From Staphylothermus hellenicus DSM 12710 (GTDB taxonomy: Archaea > Thermoproteota > Thermoprotei_A > Sulfolobales > Desulfurococcaceae), in NCBI RefSeq assembly GCF_000092465.1, contig NC_014205.1:780001-812000 (forward strand): a stretch of DNA of 32,000 nt, in the 5' to 3' direction. How positions within the stretch are numbered: position 1 is the first letter of the stretch; each line of letters begins with the position of its first letter. The notes under the pieces were generated by a model, which did not search any database, was not told where the DNA came from, and saw only the letters and a list, made by a program, of their open reading frames with translations. Position numbers and translations under genes: made by a program. Positions 16,283 to 26,000 of this stretch are shown here, one piece after another.

Positions 16283-18373
16283 TTAAATAAGTAATCCTAG
16301 AAGATATGTTATCATCATTCCAACATATGCTATAGACAACATTAACGCTATAGTTGATAACGTTATTTTCCAACTCCTTGATTCTAGCTGGATAACAGCA
16401 AGTGTTGCTAGACATGGTACATATAGGATTGAGAAAACTGTTAGAGCAGCTATTTGTGCATCGTTTAAGCCTAGCTGAATAATGGCCGCAGTACCTGAGG
16501 AAGCCCCTGTTACAATGGTTAATGCTCCTATTACTGCTTCTTTCGCAACAAATCCTATGAGAAGTGCGAACGTCATTATCCAAGCAGGGTCTCCGGATAA
16601 ACCTATTGGTGATAGTAGTGGTGCAAATAATTTAGCTACATAAGCTGCTATGCTTTCAGAGGCTTCACTTGTATAGGTTAAGGCGGGTGTGTAGCTTGTC
16701 GAGATCCAGATTATTATGCTTAGAAAGAATATTATGGTTCCCGCCTTTACTAGGAAATGCTTTGTAGCATCCCATACCTGCCACCATACTACTCTAGGTA
16801 TTGGTTTATGGAGTGGCGGTAGCTCCAGTAGGATCTCGGGTTCAACTATCTTGTGCTTTCTCTTATCATATATGTATAGAAGCTTGTTTGTAATAGCAAA
16901 AGCTGTGAAGGCTGCGATGTATCCATATATTATTAGTAGAAGACCTTTTATACCGGTTAAAGCTGATGCGAATGCTAATATAACCACCAACCTGGCTTGG
17001 CACGGGATAAATGGTATAGTCATCATTAATCTTAGTCTCTCATGTAGATTCGGCGAGGCTCTTGTAGCCATTATACCTGGTACATTACAGCCGAGACTAA
17101 GCATCATGGGAAAGATAGCATGGCCCGACACTCCTATTTTTGACAGCATTCCATGTAGGCTGACAGCTATTCTAGGAGCTAAGCCTGAATCCTCTAGTAT
17201 GGCGAGCATTAAGGCTACAACCATTATTAATGGTAGAAACACCAGTACTGAGCCAACACCGCCTATTATACCGTCTATTAGGAAATGCGAAAACATATTA
17301 TCTCCTAATATCTCATATAGGGTATTGCTTAGATAATCGAAGCCGGACTCCATTAATCCCCCTATACTATATTCTTCAACAGCTGATGCGAGATCAGGAT
17401 AACCCATTGAATCCAATATAATGTTCAGAGGAAAACCAGTATTGATCGTGAAAGCTAAGATGAAAATAGTAAATAGTATGGTTAAGCCGAGAGTTGGGCC
17501 AATAATTGGTTTATAAAAGTATGAAAATGCTTTACCTTTCCTAGAACTAATACTTACACGAACAATTACTCCTTTCAATATTTCATTAATATATTCAAAT
17601 CTTCTAATAGATAAAAGCTCCGATGGTTCCCTACCAAATATTTTCTTAACCTCATCCCTTACTGCACGTATTCGTTCCAATACATCTTCTCCCATTTTCC
17701 GTTGAACAATTTGTTCAAGTTCTACATCTCCCTCCAACAGCCTAACAGCAACCCATCTAATAGGAAACCCCAATATGTTACCATTTTTTTCTCTCAGTAT
17801 ATTCACTATTGAATCAATAAATGGATTTAATTCCTTATAGTCAACTACAAGAGGTGTCTTCCTACCCTTACGCCCCTCTTTCACATCTATTATTGTATCA
17901 AGCAACTCAACTATTCCTGCTCCAGTAGCGGAGGATACTGGAACCACTGGAACACCTAATTTACTTGATAAAGCATAATAGTTGATGTGGATGCCATGAG
18001 CATGAACACTATCTACCTTGGTGAAAACAAGTATAACTCTAGGAGTTATCTCCAATGCTTGTATAGCTAAATACATTGTTCTCTCAGGATTTAATGAATC
18101 AACAAGTACCAGTAGCACATCTGGTTGTTGAGTTAAAATATATTTTCTCGCAATCCTCTCCTCAATCGTTGTCGCGGAGAAACCGTATATTCCAGGTAAA
18201 TCAACAAAAACTATTCTCCTACCCCTATAAATACGTTCACCAACATGTTTCTCAACAGTAACCCCCGGCCAATTAGCAACATGAACTTTTCTACCTGTTA
18301 ATACATTGAATAATGTGGATTTACCAACATTTGGTTGCCCTACAACTCCTACTTCTATGTATTCCTTGGACAA
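16283..18373 (-). CDS. feoB: ferrous iron transporter FeoB
   Basis: 696 aa. The N-terminal G-domain has 'GQPNVGKSTLFN', 'DLPGIY' and 'TKVD', followed by a large polytopic membrane domain. Confidence 0.92.
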   Translation of the reverse strand: MSKEYIEVGVVGQPNVGKSTLFNVLTGRKVHVANWPGVTVEKHVGERIYRGRRIVFVDLPGIYGFSATTIEERIARKYILTQQPDVLLVLVDSLNPERTMYLAIQALEITPRVILVFTKVDSVHAHGIHINYYALSSKLGVPVVPVSSATGAGIVELLDTIIDVKEGRKGRKTPLVVDYKELNPFIDSIVNILREKNGNILGFPIRWVAVRLLEGDVELEQIVQRKMGEDVLERIRAVRDEVKKIFGREPSELLSIRRFEYINEILKGVIVRVSISSRKGKAFSYFYKPIIGPTLGLTILFTIFILAFTINTGFPLNIILDSMGYPDLASAVEEYSIGGLMESGFDYLSNTLYEILGDNMFSHFLIDGIIGGVGSVLVFLPLIMVVALMLAILEDSGLAPRIAVSLHGMLSKIGVSGHAIFPMMLSLGCNVPGIMATRASPNLHERLRLMMTIPFIPCQARLVVILAFASALTGIKGLLLIIYGYIAAFTAFAITNKLLYIYDKRKHKIVEPEILLELPPLHKPIPRVVWWQVWDATKHFLVKAGTIIFFLSIIIWISTSYTPALTYTSEASESIAAYVAKLFAPLLSPIGLSGDPAWIMTFALLIGFVAKEAVIGALTIVTGASSGTAAIIQLGLNDAQIAALTVFSILYVPCLATLAVIQLESRSWKITLSTIALMLSIAYVGMMITYLLGLLI

Positions 18374-18393
18374 TATAAACCACCTAAATAAAA

Positions 18394-18621
18394 CTATAAT
18401 GGCTGGACAAGTATTCTCCTAGCAATTCCTCTTCCAACAGCAACCTCTACTCCCATAATCCGGACAATTATGGGGCCTCTCCCATGATTGGCTACGACCT
18501 CTATGATAGCACCAGGAGTGAACCCCATTTGATACAGCCTATACATCCAGCCTCCTCCACGTGTGAACCCTGCTATTCTTGCTCTTGCACCTACTGGTAG
18601 CATGTCTAGCGTTGTCTGCAT
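18394..18621 (-). CDS. feoA: FeoA family iron transport protein
   Basis: 75 aa with an SH3-like FeoA pattern 'LDMLPVGARARI...RLYQMGFTPGAIIEVV...GPIIVRIMGVEVAVGRGIARRILV'. It lies 20 nt upstream of feoB. Confidence 0.85.
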   Translation of the reverse strand: MQTTLDMLPVGARARIAGFTRGGGWMYRLYQMGFTPGAIIEVVANHGRGPIIVRIMGVEVAVGRGIARRILVQPL

Positions 18622-18647
18622 ACTGGTTTCCCCACATGATAAGTGTA

Positions 18648-18661
18648 TTAGGAAATCCTAA
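18648..18661. promoter_or_regulatory. 6-2-6 inverted repeat TTAGGA-aa-TCCTAA upstream of feoA
   Basis: Read directly. It lies 27-40 nt upstream of the feoA start codon (18621). It is short enough to occur by chance. Confidence 0.2.
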
Positions 18662-18756
18662 CATTTTCCATAAATGCTCAGAATATATTTAATCATACCC
18701 TCCTATTAAAATTATTATTTAAGATAGTTATCATTAATTTATAGCTGTTAAAAACG

Positions 18757-19464
18757 GTGTATTATTTGCCGATATCACAGGCATTATCATGGCTAATATA
18801 CCATTACGGAGTATTAGGAGTATTCATTGTATCCCTTATAGGAAACGCTATCCCATACTCTACTATACCATACCTAATATTCATAGTATTGTATTCGGGC
18901 TCAATTCATGACCCAATCCTGCATACCATGATAACTTTTGCTGGAGGATTAGGTGCTACTATAGGTAAAGTAATAGTTTATTATTTTGGCTGGGGAATAC
19001 GACAAGTACTGCCGGAGAATATGAAGGAGAATCTTGAATTATTCACGAAACTATTTAAAAAATCAACTTTTATAACCATATTCATTTTTGCAGCATCACC
19101 ATTACCAGATGATATAGTATATATTCCACTAGGGGCGACCAAGTATAGTTTGAAAAAATACTTCACAGCTCTCTTAGCAGGAAAAATAGTAATCACAGGG
19201 CTCGCCGTATTCTTTGGTTCATCTATTGAATGGGCTATAAGAACAACTACGAACTATCCAGAATATATTACATTACCTATACTCATAGTATTAACACTTT
19301 ATCTCACATATGTTATAGGGAAAATAAAATGGAACAAAATAGCTAGAATAATGTCAAAGAAAGGATTTGCATGGGCAACCATACATATTATTATAGAAGT
19401 TTTCAGAATAACAATCAACATGATCATATATCCATTCAAGAAAATAATTAAGCACCTAACCTAG
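18757..19464 (+). CDS. DedA/VTT-domain-like integral membrane protein
   Basis: 235 aa with about 5-6 hydrophobic helices. The size, topology and 'PLPDDIVYIPLGATKY' segment are reminiscent of DedA/SNARE-associated (VTT) proteins. GTG start. Confidence 0.5.
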   Translation: MYYLPISQALSWLIYHYGVLGVFIVSLIGNAIPYSTIPYLIFIVLYSGSIHDPILHTMITFAGGLGATIGKVIVYYFGWGIRQVLPENMKENLELFTKLFKKSTFITIFIFAASPLPDDIVYIPLGATKYSLKKYFTALLAGKIVITGLAVFFGSSIEWAIRTTTNYPEYITLPILIVLTLYLTYVIGKIKWNKIARIMSKKGFAWATIHIIIEVFRITINMIIYPFKKIIKHLT

Positions 19465-19637
19465 TCAACACCAATAATCAAGGGAGAAATCACTCATAAC
19501 TATATAGTGATGAAACAGTAAAAACAATATAATACTCTAATATAATTAAGAATTAATGGGATGAAGAAGAACCCGGGATAGTAGCTCCGCTTGGAGCGAT
19601 GATATATCCTAGCCAGTAAGCGGGCACGGACCATTCT

Positions 19638-20624
19638 CTATACTGAATCCATATATGATTGTTGATAAACCATTATTTCCTTTCCAATCTCTTCCCTTAT
19701 TTTACCTAGTAGATCACCTAGTTTATCAATGATGATAGTGCAATCATAGTCGCAATATAGTATTAAATTAGCTTTTACACCTAGCATATCTGTATCAGTA
19801 AATACAACCCTCTGATCACGAGTATAATCTAGCATATGTGAAACAAAGATTAATAATTCTTCACGGTTTCTGGGGGTCGCCCAGTTCTTTAAAGCACTCA
19901 TTATGGAGAAAACTGTTTTCTCGCAGTAATCAATATTGATACATGTATCTTTCAATATTTTCTCAACTATACTTAGATCTTGTATGGGGTGCAGAATTGA
20001 GGCTAGTAATGTTTTATACATTGACTTATCAATTCTAAGACTAAATAGATCAGCAAGCTCTATAACTAATTGAGCAGTCTTAGATGAATGCTTAAACATG
20101 GTTTTCGAACCATGCTTCATAAAATGATTAAATAATTTTCTAAAATGATCCTTATCAATTATTTTCATTAATGAATAATAATCTTCAAGCATTCTCTGCT
20201 GACCAATAGTCTCCAATGCATAAGGAATTCTCTCACGCAAATACTTGACAGCACCAATTAGATCTTGTCCTTTATATACTAGGTACGAAGCTGTTACTAA
20301 ACCGCTTCTTCCAACCCCGCCCCTGCAGTGTACATAAACTCTTCTACCACTACTGATTTGTTTCTCAATATAATTTGATAAGTAATATAGCTCCAATAAT
20401 TGTAAGGGGTGGAAATCAGGGGTTGGAACATGCACATATTCTATACCGTAACTGTTAAGCATTGATAAATAATAATCTATTCCACCAGGTACTTCGTGAG
20501 GCATAATAAGTACTATGAATACATCAAATACTCTGGATAAATTTTCCAATTCATTGATCCGCGGCAACGGGCCCTGAGCCAGCTTGTTTGGAACAATCCA
20601 TACATAGCTCAAATGAACAAGCAC
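19638..20624 (-). CDS. dual-specificity/Cys-based protein phosphatase with a C-terminal helical extension of about 170 aa
   Basis: The catalytic P-loop 'VHCRGGVGRSG' (nt 20301-20330) is the HCxxGxxR(S/T) PTP signature. About 180 further residues have no recognised motif. Confidence 0.75.
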   Translation of the reverse strand: MLVHLSYVWIVPNKLAQGPLPRINELENLSRVFDVFIVLIMPHEVPGGIDYYLSMLNSYGIEYVHVPTPDFHPLQLLELYYLSNYIEKQISSGRRVYVHCRGGVGRSGLVTASYLVYKGQDLIGAVKYLRERIPYALETIGQQRMLEDYYSLMKIIDKDHFRKLFNHFMKHGSKTMFKHSSKTAQLVIELADLFSLRIDKSMYKTLLASILHPIQDLSIVEKILKDTCINIDYCEKTVFSIMSALKNWATPRNREELLIFVSHMLDYTRDQRVVFTDTDMLGVKANLILYCDYDCTIIIDKLGDLLGKIREEIGKEIMVYQQSYMDSV

Positions 20625-20698
20625 CCCTATAACCTATTATGAATTAGGCGATCTCATCTATTATTATTTATTTATAGATATTTATTGAGTATTTATTA

Positions 20699-21721
20699 CT
20701 AGAGAATTGATACCCATCCTTTAAAATGATCCCATCTCATAATTTCATCTATACTGATCTCTTCTTTCTCGAACACTAAACCGTATCCCTGCTCAACTCT
20801 TCCAACTATTTTATGTGGTATTCTAAACTTCTTCATATAATCAATGATCTTGTCTGAAAGCCTAGGATCTATTGCTAATACAACACCGTATTCTTCTCCA
20901 CCGTTTAGTATATGTTTCCATAAACAATGAGTGCTTCCACTACATATTTCTTCTAACTCTTTATAGTATAGAGGCTTATCTTCTAGAACGATTCGAACAT
21001 TTGATCTCTTCGACAACTCTCCCAGCGCATAGCCTAGTCCATCGCTCACATCTATTGAAGCATGTACTCCTCTATAATTACCCGCTATAATAATTGCTGT
21101 TTCAAGAAACGGTCTAGGACGCTTTGTTGCCTCTACAACCCATTTTTTATGCGTAGCTTTCTCAACCCCATTAATCGCTACATAGCCCATTGCACCATAA
21201 ACACCTGTAACAACAACTATGTCTCCAGGCCGAGCGTTTCTCCTACTAGGCGGTTTCTTCGCTGTAGTATAACCTATAACTGCGACACTAATCCATGGCG
21301 TACTAGATGAGTTAGTGTCTCCTCCGAGGAGTCTTAAATTATAATCTCTTGAAGCCTCATCAATACCCCTATATATTTCCTCGACAACGCTTGCCTCCAT
21401 ACTTGGAGGCAGACCTAGTGAAACCATTATATCTCTAGGAACAGCTCCCTTAGCTATTTGATCACTTATAGCCCCTGCTACAGCTACATATCCTACATCA
21501 GACCATGTTCTCCATGGAAGCTTCATAGAGGAAATACTGTATCCATCAATATTCATGAGTATCCGGGGAGAGATTGGGAGAATATCTCGTGCATCATCAG
21601 GGTAATCCAAGTATTCTCCAGGCAACGGTTCATGTATATATTTAGAAATAATTTTCTCGAGAACACCTTCTTCTCCAAGTTCCCCTAGTTTCTTATATCT
21701 ACTCTCCAATTCAGCCACCAA
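20699..21721 (-). CDS. thiL: thiamine-monophosphate kinase ThiL-like (PurM/AIR-synthase-related fold)
   Basis: 340 aa. 'DDARDILP...NIDGYS', 'DVGYVAVAGAISDQIAKGAVP' and 'RLLGGDTNSS' follow the ThiL/PurM-superfamily pattern. Other members of the superfamily are not excluded. Confidence 0.6.
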   Translation of the reverse strand: MVAELESRYKKLGELGEEGVLEKIISKYIHEPLPGEYLDYPDDARDILPISPRILMNIDGYSISSMKLPWRTWSDVGYVAVAGAISDQIAKGAVPRDIMVSLGLPPSMEASVVEEIYRGIDEASRDYNLRLLGGDTNSSSTPWISVAVIGYTTAKKPPSRRNARPGDIVVVTGVYGAMGYVAINGVEKATHKKWVVEATKRPRPFLETAIIIAGNYRGVHASIDVSDGLGYALGELSKRSNVRIVLEDKPLYYKELEEICSGSTHCLWKHILNGGEEYGVVLAIDPRLSDKIIDYMKKFRIPHKIVGRVEQGYGLVFEKEEISIDEIMRWDHFKGWVSIL

Positions 21722-22965
21722 GCCATATGTTTTAATGATTCAATTAATCCTTTACTCCAAGGAATAAATACGTGGTGATTTCCTGTTGCTTTCTCAACGA
21801 ATTCCTCCGGCTTCAATATTCCAGTATCTATGATTAATTGTGTTCTACAATATCCTGGCTCCAATAATCCTGAACGAATAACTTTGCCTCTATAAATTGT
21901 TAATCCATTAAAATCCTTGTCAACCCTGACAAACAATACCTTATCAGTTCTAAACCTGCACACCACAGCATATGGGTTTCCTGTTTCAAAATGTGTTGTT
22001 AAGAAACATTTCCTTCCCAAAATAGGCGCTATTGTGCAATGAGCAAATCTTAGATAACCATCACTAGTTATACCGCTTGGATTAGATATCCATCCAGGAT
22101 AACCAGTTAAAGCTAGGCTAGTGTATAGCGAGATGAGGCTGTAATAGTCGTTTTCACAAGCAGTCGGTATTCCCTCCACATTCATCATTGCAACCGCTAA
22201 ACACGGTGTAACATTGTATTTGAGGACCAAGGGGAAACAATCAATCACTATAGCGTTTGCTCCATGTATCGATAAGAGCTTTCGTAAACCATAATATATG
22301 CGTAGAACCTTGTCTAAATATTGTTTATTAGTGCCTGAGAGATCAATATATTGATGCACAATATTCTCTAATTCCCTTATATCATCAATTGATGCTTCTT
22401 CAGCCCTCCTCCATAATTCATCATAATCTACATGAATAATTTCTGCTCCGAACTTATCCGCAAAAATTTTTCCTTCACCGCTAATCCCAGGATAATCATT
22501 GATCTCTACTATTCTTAGATGCTTTAAACCATACCCAGCAACTAAACCCTTATAGAACAATGTAAACTTCATCAACAAATCATTTCTATCCAAGAAATAC
22601 AACAACTTAACCCTTATACCAGCATCTACTAGCTTACTCCTTAATGAAAGAGCTGATGCTAAGCTATTATGTTTACTATGAGCAATTATAAGTACAGGTT
22701 TTCTATTTGCACCGGTGAGAACCTTATAGGCAAGCCTACTCGTTCCACCAGTCAATAGATAAGCAATAACTAAATCATAATTTCCAAGATCAATTGTTAA
22801 CGGCTCAGTAACTATGTCCTGGTATACCTCTAGATCTTTAAACCCAGACAAGATATCAGTTACTTCACGGAACATAGACTCATAGTAGAGCTCACCATGT
22901 AATCTACTTGCAAAACCCAGTAGAAGCATTTTCATGAAAAACCACCTCGTAACTTGTCTGAACAA
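21685..22965 (-). CDS. L-fucose/L-arabinose isomerase-like protein (COG2407-like), function unknown
   Basis: 426 aa. 'CENDYYSLISLYTSLALTG' and the C-terminal 'GNHHVFIPWSKGLIESLKHMAWWLNW' resemble the sugar-isomerase family pattern (CE-x-D ... HH ... G). Its 3' end overlaps thiL by 37 nt. Confidence 0.45.
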   Translation of the reverse strand: MFRQVTRWFFMKMLLLGFASRLHGELYYESMFREVTDILSGFKDLEVYQDIVTEPLTIDLGNYDLVIAYLLTGGTSRLAYKVLTGANRKPVLIIAHSKHNSLASALSLRSKLVDAGIRVKLLYFLDRNDLLMKFTLFYKGLVAGYGLKHLRIVEINDYPGISGEGKIFADKFGAEIIHVDYDELWRRAEEASIDDIRELENIVHQYIDLSGTNKQYLDKVLRIYYGLRKLLSIHGANAIVIDCFPLVLKYNVTPCLAVAMMNVEGIPTACENDYYSLISLYTSLALTGYPGWISNPSGITSDGYLRFAHCTIAPILGRKCFLTTHFETGNPYAVVCRFRTDKVLFVRVDKDFNGLTIYRGKVIRSGLLEPGYCRTQLIIDTGILKPEEFVEKATGNHHVFIPWSKGLIESLKHMAWWLNWRVDIRN

Positions 22966-23053
22966 GTATAAGATAATTATGTCAATAAATAATATAGTTT
23001 CTAATACGGTTAATTATGGGGAAATAGTAATTGTTTATTTCATGCATCACTAC

Positions 23054-26000
23054 TTATTTACAGGAATTCAATATGTATATAAACATGTTAGTTAATCCTT
23101 TCATATTTATTTTCTCATATCGCTCACTGATGTATCCACAGACTAGTTCTTTGGCTTCCCCGTAGAAGAATGGGTTTTCAATATTACTAAATGCTGATAA
23201 TATGTTTTGTAATATCTCGGAGATTCTAATTATTTGTTCGAATCTCTGGTTCTCGAATACTATTTTATCATATGTTTTAAGAGCTAGCTCGTAATATTTC
23301 AATGCATTATTATAGGCTTTTTTCATATGATAATACGTTGCAAGCCTATAATAGGTATCTCCAATAATATTCAAAGGTAGATGTTTCCTGGCCTCATTGA
23401 TCTCTAGGAGAGCCGTGTATGCTTTAACAGCCTTATCGGTTTTTCCCTTATATTCCAATGCTTTTCCTATAATATATAGTAGCTTAGCCTTCAAGTCTAA
23501 CCTATTAATCTTATCTATGATCTTATTTGCTTTTCTCATGGCCTTGCCTATTTTACCTTTATAATATAGTATTTGGGCTTCGTATGCTTGACGTATATCT
23601 TTACTGATAATACGGGATATTTTTTCTAATTGCCTCTCCGCCTCTTCGTATCTGCCGTTTATTAATAATGAGTCTATATGTAATAGAATAAGCTCTGGAT
23701 CATTTATTGTTCCTATGATCTTCGACAATATTTTATTAATGTAGTCCAGCTTATTTAATTCGCTGAGAATAATAACTACTCTTTTCAAATACTTTATATT
23801 AGGCTTTATAGAATCTAGATTGGCTGTTTCTAATAGATCAATTAATGTATTAATACTTTTACCTATACCATATGATCCAGCATGTTTCCACTGCATAATT
23901 ATTAGTCTCGAAATACTCTGAATAGCCATGCTATACGTTATTTTCTTTTTTCTAAGTTGTTCATATACGTAGTTGATTATTTCTTCAACACTTTTTTCAG
24001 CGAGTAAATAATTAATCCTATATGAAATAATAAATAATAACGTCATGAATTTAAGCCGGTTGATCGGGTCTCTAATAGTCAATACTGTCTCAGAGGCTTT
24101 TTCAAGCGCTGTCCTATATAGTTTATTTCCAATTAAGCACTTGATAAACCAATAATTAGCCATAACCTCCATTTTCGGAGATAGTTTTCTGGTTAAGATG
24201 TTTTTCAAGGATTTATGACATGTTGAGTAATCATTGTCTTGGATCTCAGAGATATTGATCCATAATTCTAGAATATTTCTTTTCCTCGCGTACACTCTTC
24301 GAGATATGTTTTTGAACTCATTTAGTAGTTCTAGTGCTTTCTTAAAATAGTATTTAGCTTTTCCAGGGTTTCTATGTATCTTTACATAGTATATTCCCTT
24401 AGCATATAAGTAGTCTAAATAGATCTTTTTCGCCCATATACCATAGTTCTCTAATAACTCGTTGTATTGATTATCTAGTTCAAGATATTTCTTATCGATT
24501 CTTTTCTTCCTAACCATATATAAGGGTACAATACTGAGGTAAACATATTTGAAGCGAGGAATACTAATGTATTTTTCAATACTGTTCAGATATGTTTCAA
24601 CCAGATCACTGCTAACCCATTTCTTTAAGAGCCCGTTCCTAATAATGCGTCCTAGTTCTAAAATCTCGTATAGTTCTAATTTATTGAGATCTCTAATGAT
24701 TTCTATAAGGTGTTTCCTAAATATTCCCTGTTCATCTAGGAGGATTGATGCTTTTAAGCATTCTAGATGGTTATAGCTACATGTATGTTTATCATGTATT
24801 TCTTTTAGAGACCTGATTATTGATAATATTGGGTTTAGATATTTTATTTCCACAATATGGCCATACGAATCTATATCTTCAAGGAACTTGTTAATTATAG
24901 CTTGTGCATCGTTAATTCTTTTCTTCAATAAATTAGTTATAGCTAGTTTATATAGAGAACGCATATATGTATATATAAAATTCAATTCCCCATTAATTAA
25001 TCTATTATATGCTCCTATATATGATCTGTTAATGCTAAGCATAGATCTATCGAGATCTCCTATTCTGAGATATATATTTGCCTTATAGTATTCACTTATC
25101 GGGTCAGTGCTTGAAATAATCCTATTTATCCTCCCACTTAGATAATCTAGCATTATAATCATTTGTTTATTGAGCAACTTTTTCTTCTCGAGTAGTCTTC
25201 GAAGCTTACTATATTCTCCCGTTAAGTAGAATATTTTCTGTTCCAGCTTGTGAGAACCAATTTTGTATAGGTGGTCGAGTAAGGGGAGGACTTGCTTATG
25301 TAAGATTATTTTATCTATCATTTGATCAATCAAGATCTTCTTTAGTAATGTATCTTTAACGCCACGATATTGCTTAATATACTCTTCTATACTGCGTTCA
25401 CTATTGTTAATTATTGCTATTAATTTCTTAGATTGTTTCTTCGGTATCTTATATTTCCGTATGATGTCTAAGTAATCTGCTTCTATCCTATTTTTAAGCA
25501 TAAATAAGATCAAATAATATGCTGCGTTACTTATGTCTTTACTCATAATTATGTTCTTCTTCAAATCTAATACGTCCGGGTTTCGTGAGTGTTCAAGGAA
25601 ATGTATTGGAGATACATGTATTGTTTTGATCGAGCCCTTATTTATTGTTTCAACTAATAGTTCCGGATAGTTATTTGCTAAAACAAGGGCTTCTATGGGA
25701 TTTTCTATTTTATATGCAATATTTTTTCTTAGAGAGTAAATATCTTCGAGAAAAGATTTTATCTCATCAATTATTTCACTTATGTTCTCGTCTTCGCATA
25801 GTTTTTTCAGGCTCAGAATCCATTCTTTATGAGGTATTGTATATATTTCAGTATTTATATTTCCTAGTAGAAGTGATGGATCACCATAGGCGTTCCTATA
25901 CCTAGTTATTGACATAATCATGTTTCTAGTTGTGACATTGTTTAAGCCATGATATGCTGTTATGAAGCCTATTAAAGGAGCATATTTACGAATATAATAG

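Noticed and set aside
16272-17421. ORFs 16272-16583 (-), 16716-17336 (+), 17230-17421 (+) and 18076-18261 (+) inside feoB
   Set aside because: They are alternative-frame or antisense ORFs within a confidently identified FeoB gene, and none has an independent signature.
21685-21721. 37-nt overlap between the isomerase-like gene and thiL, considered as a possible frameshift or fusion signal
   Set aside because: The two genes are in different frames with intact termini. Alternative thiL starts (GTG at codon 2, TTG at codon 5) also lie in the overlap. Short overlaps are normal for co-transcribed archaeal genes.
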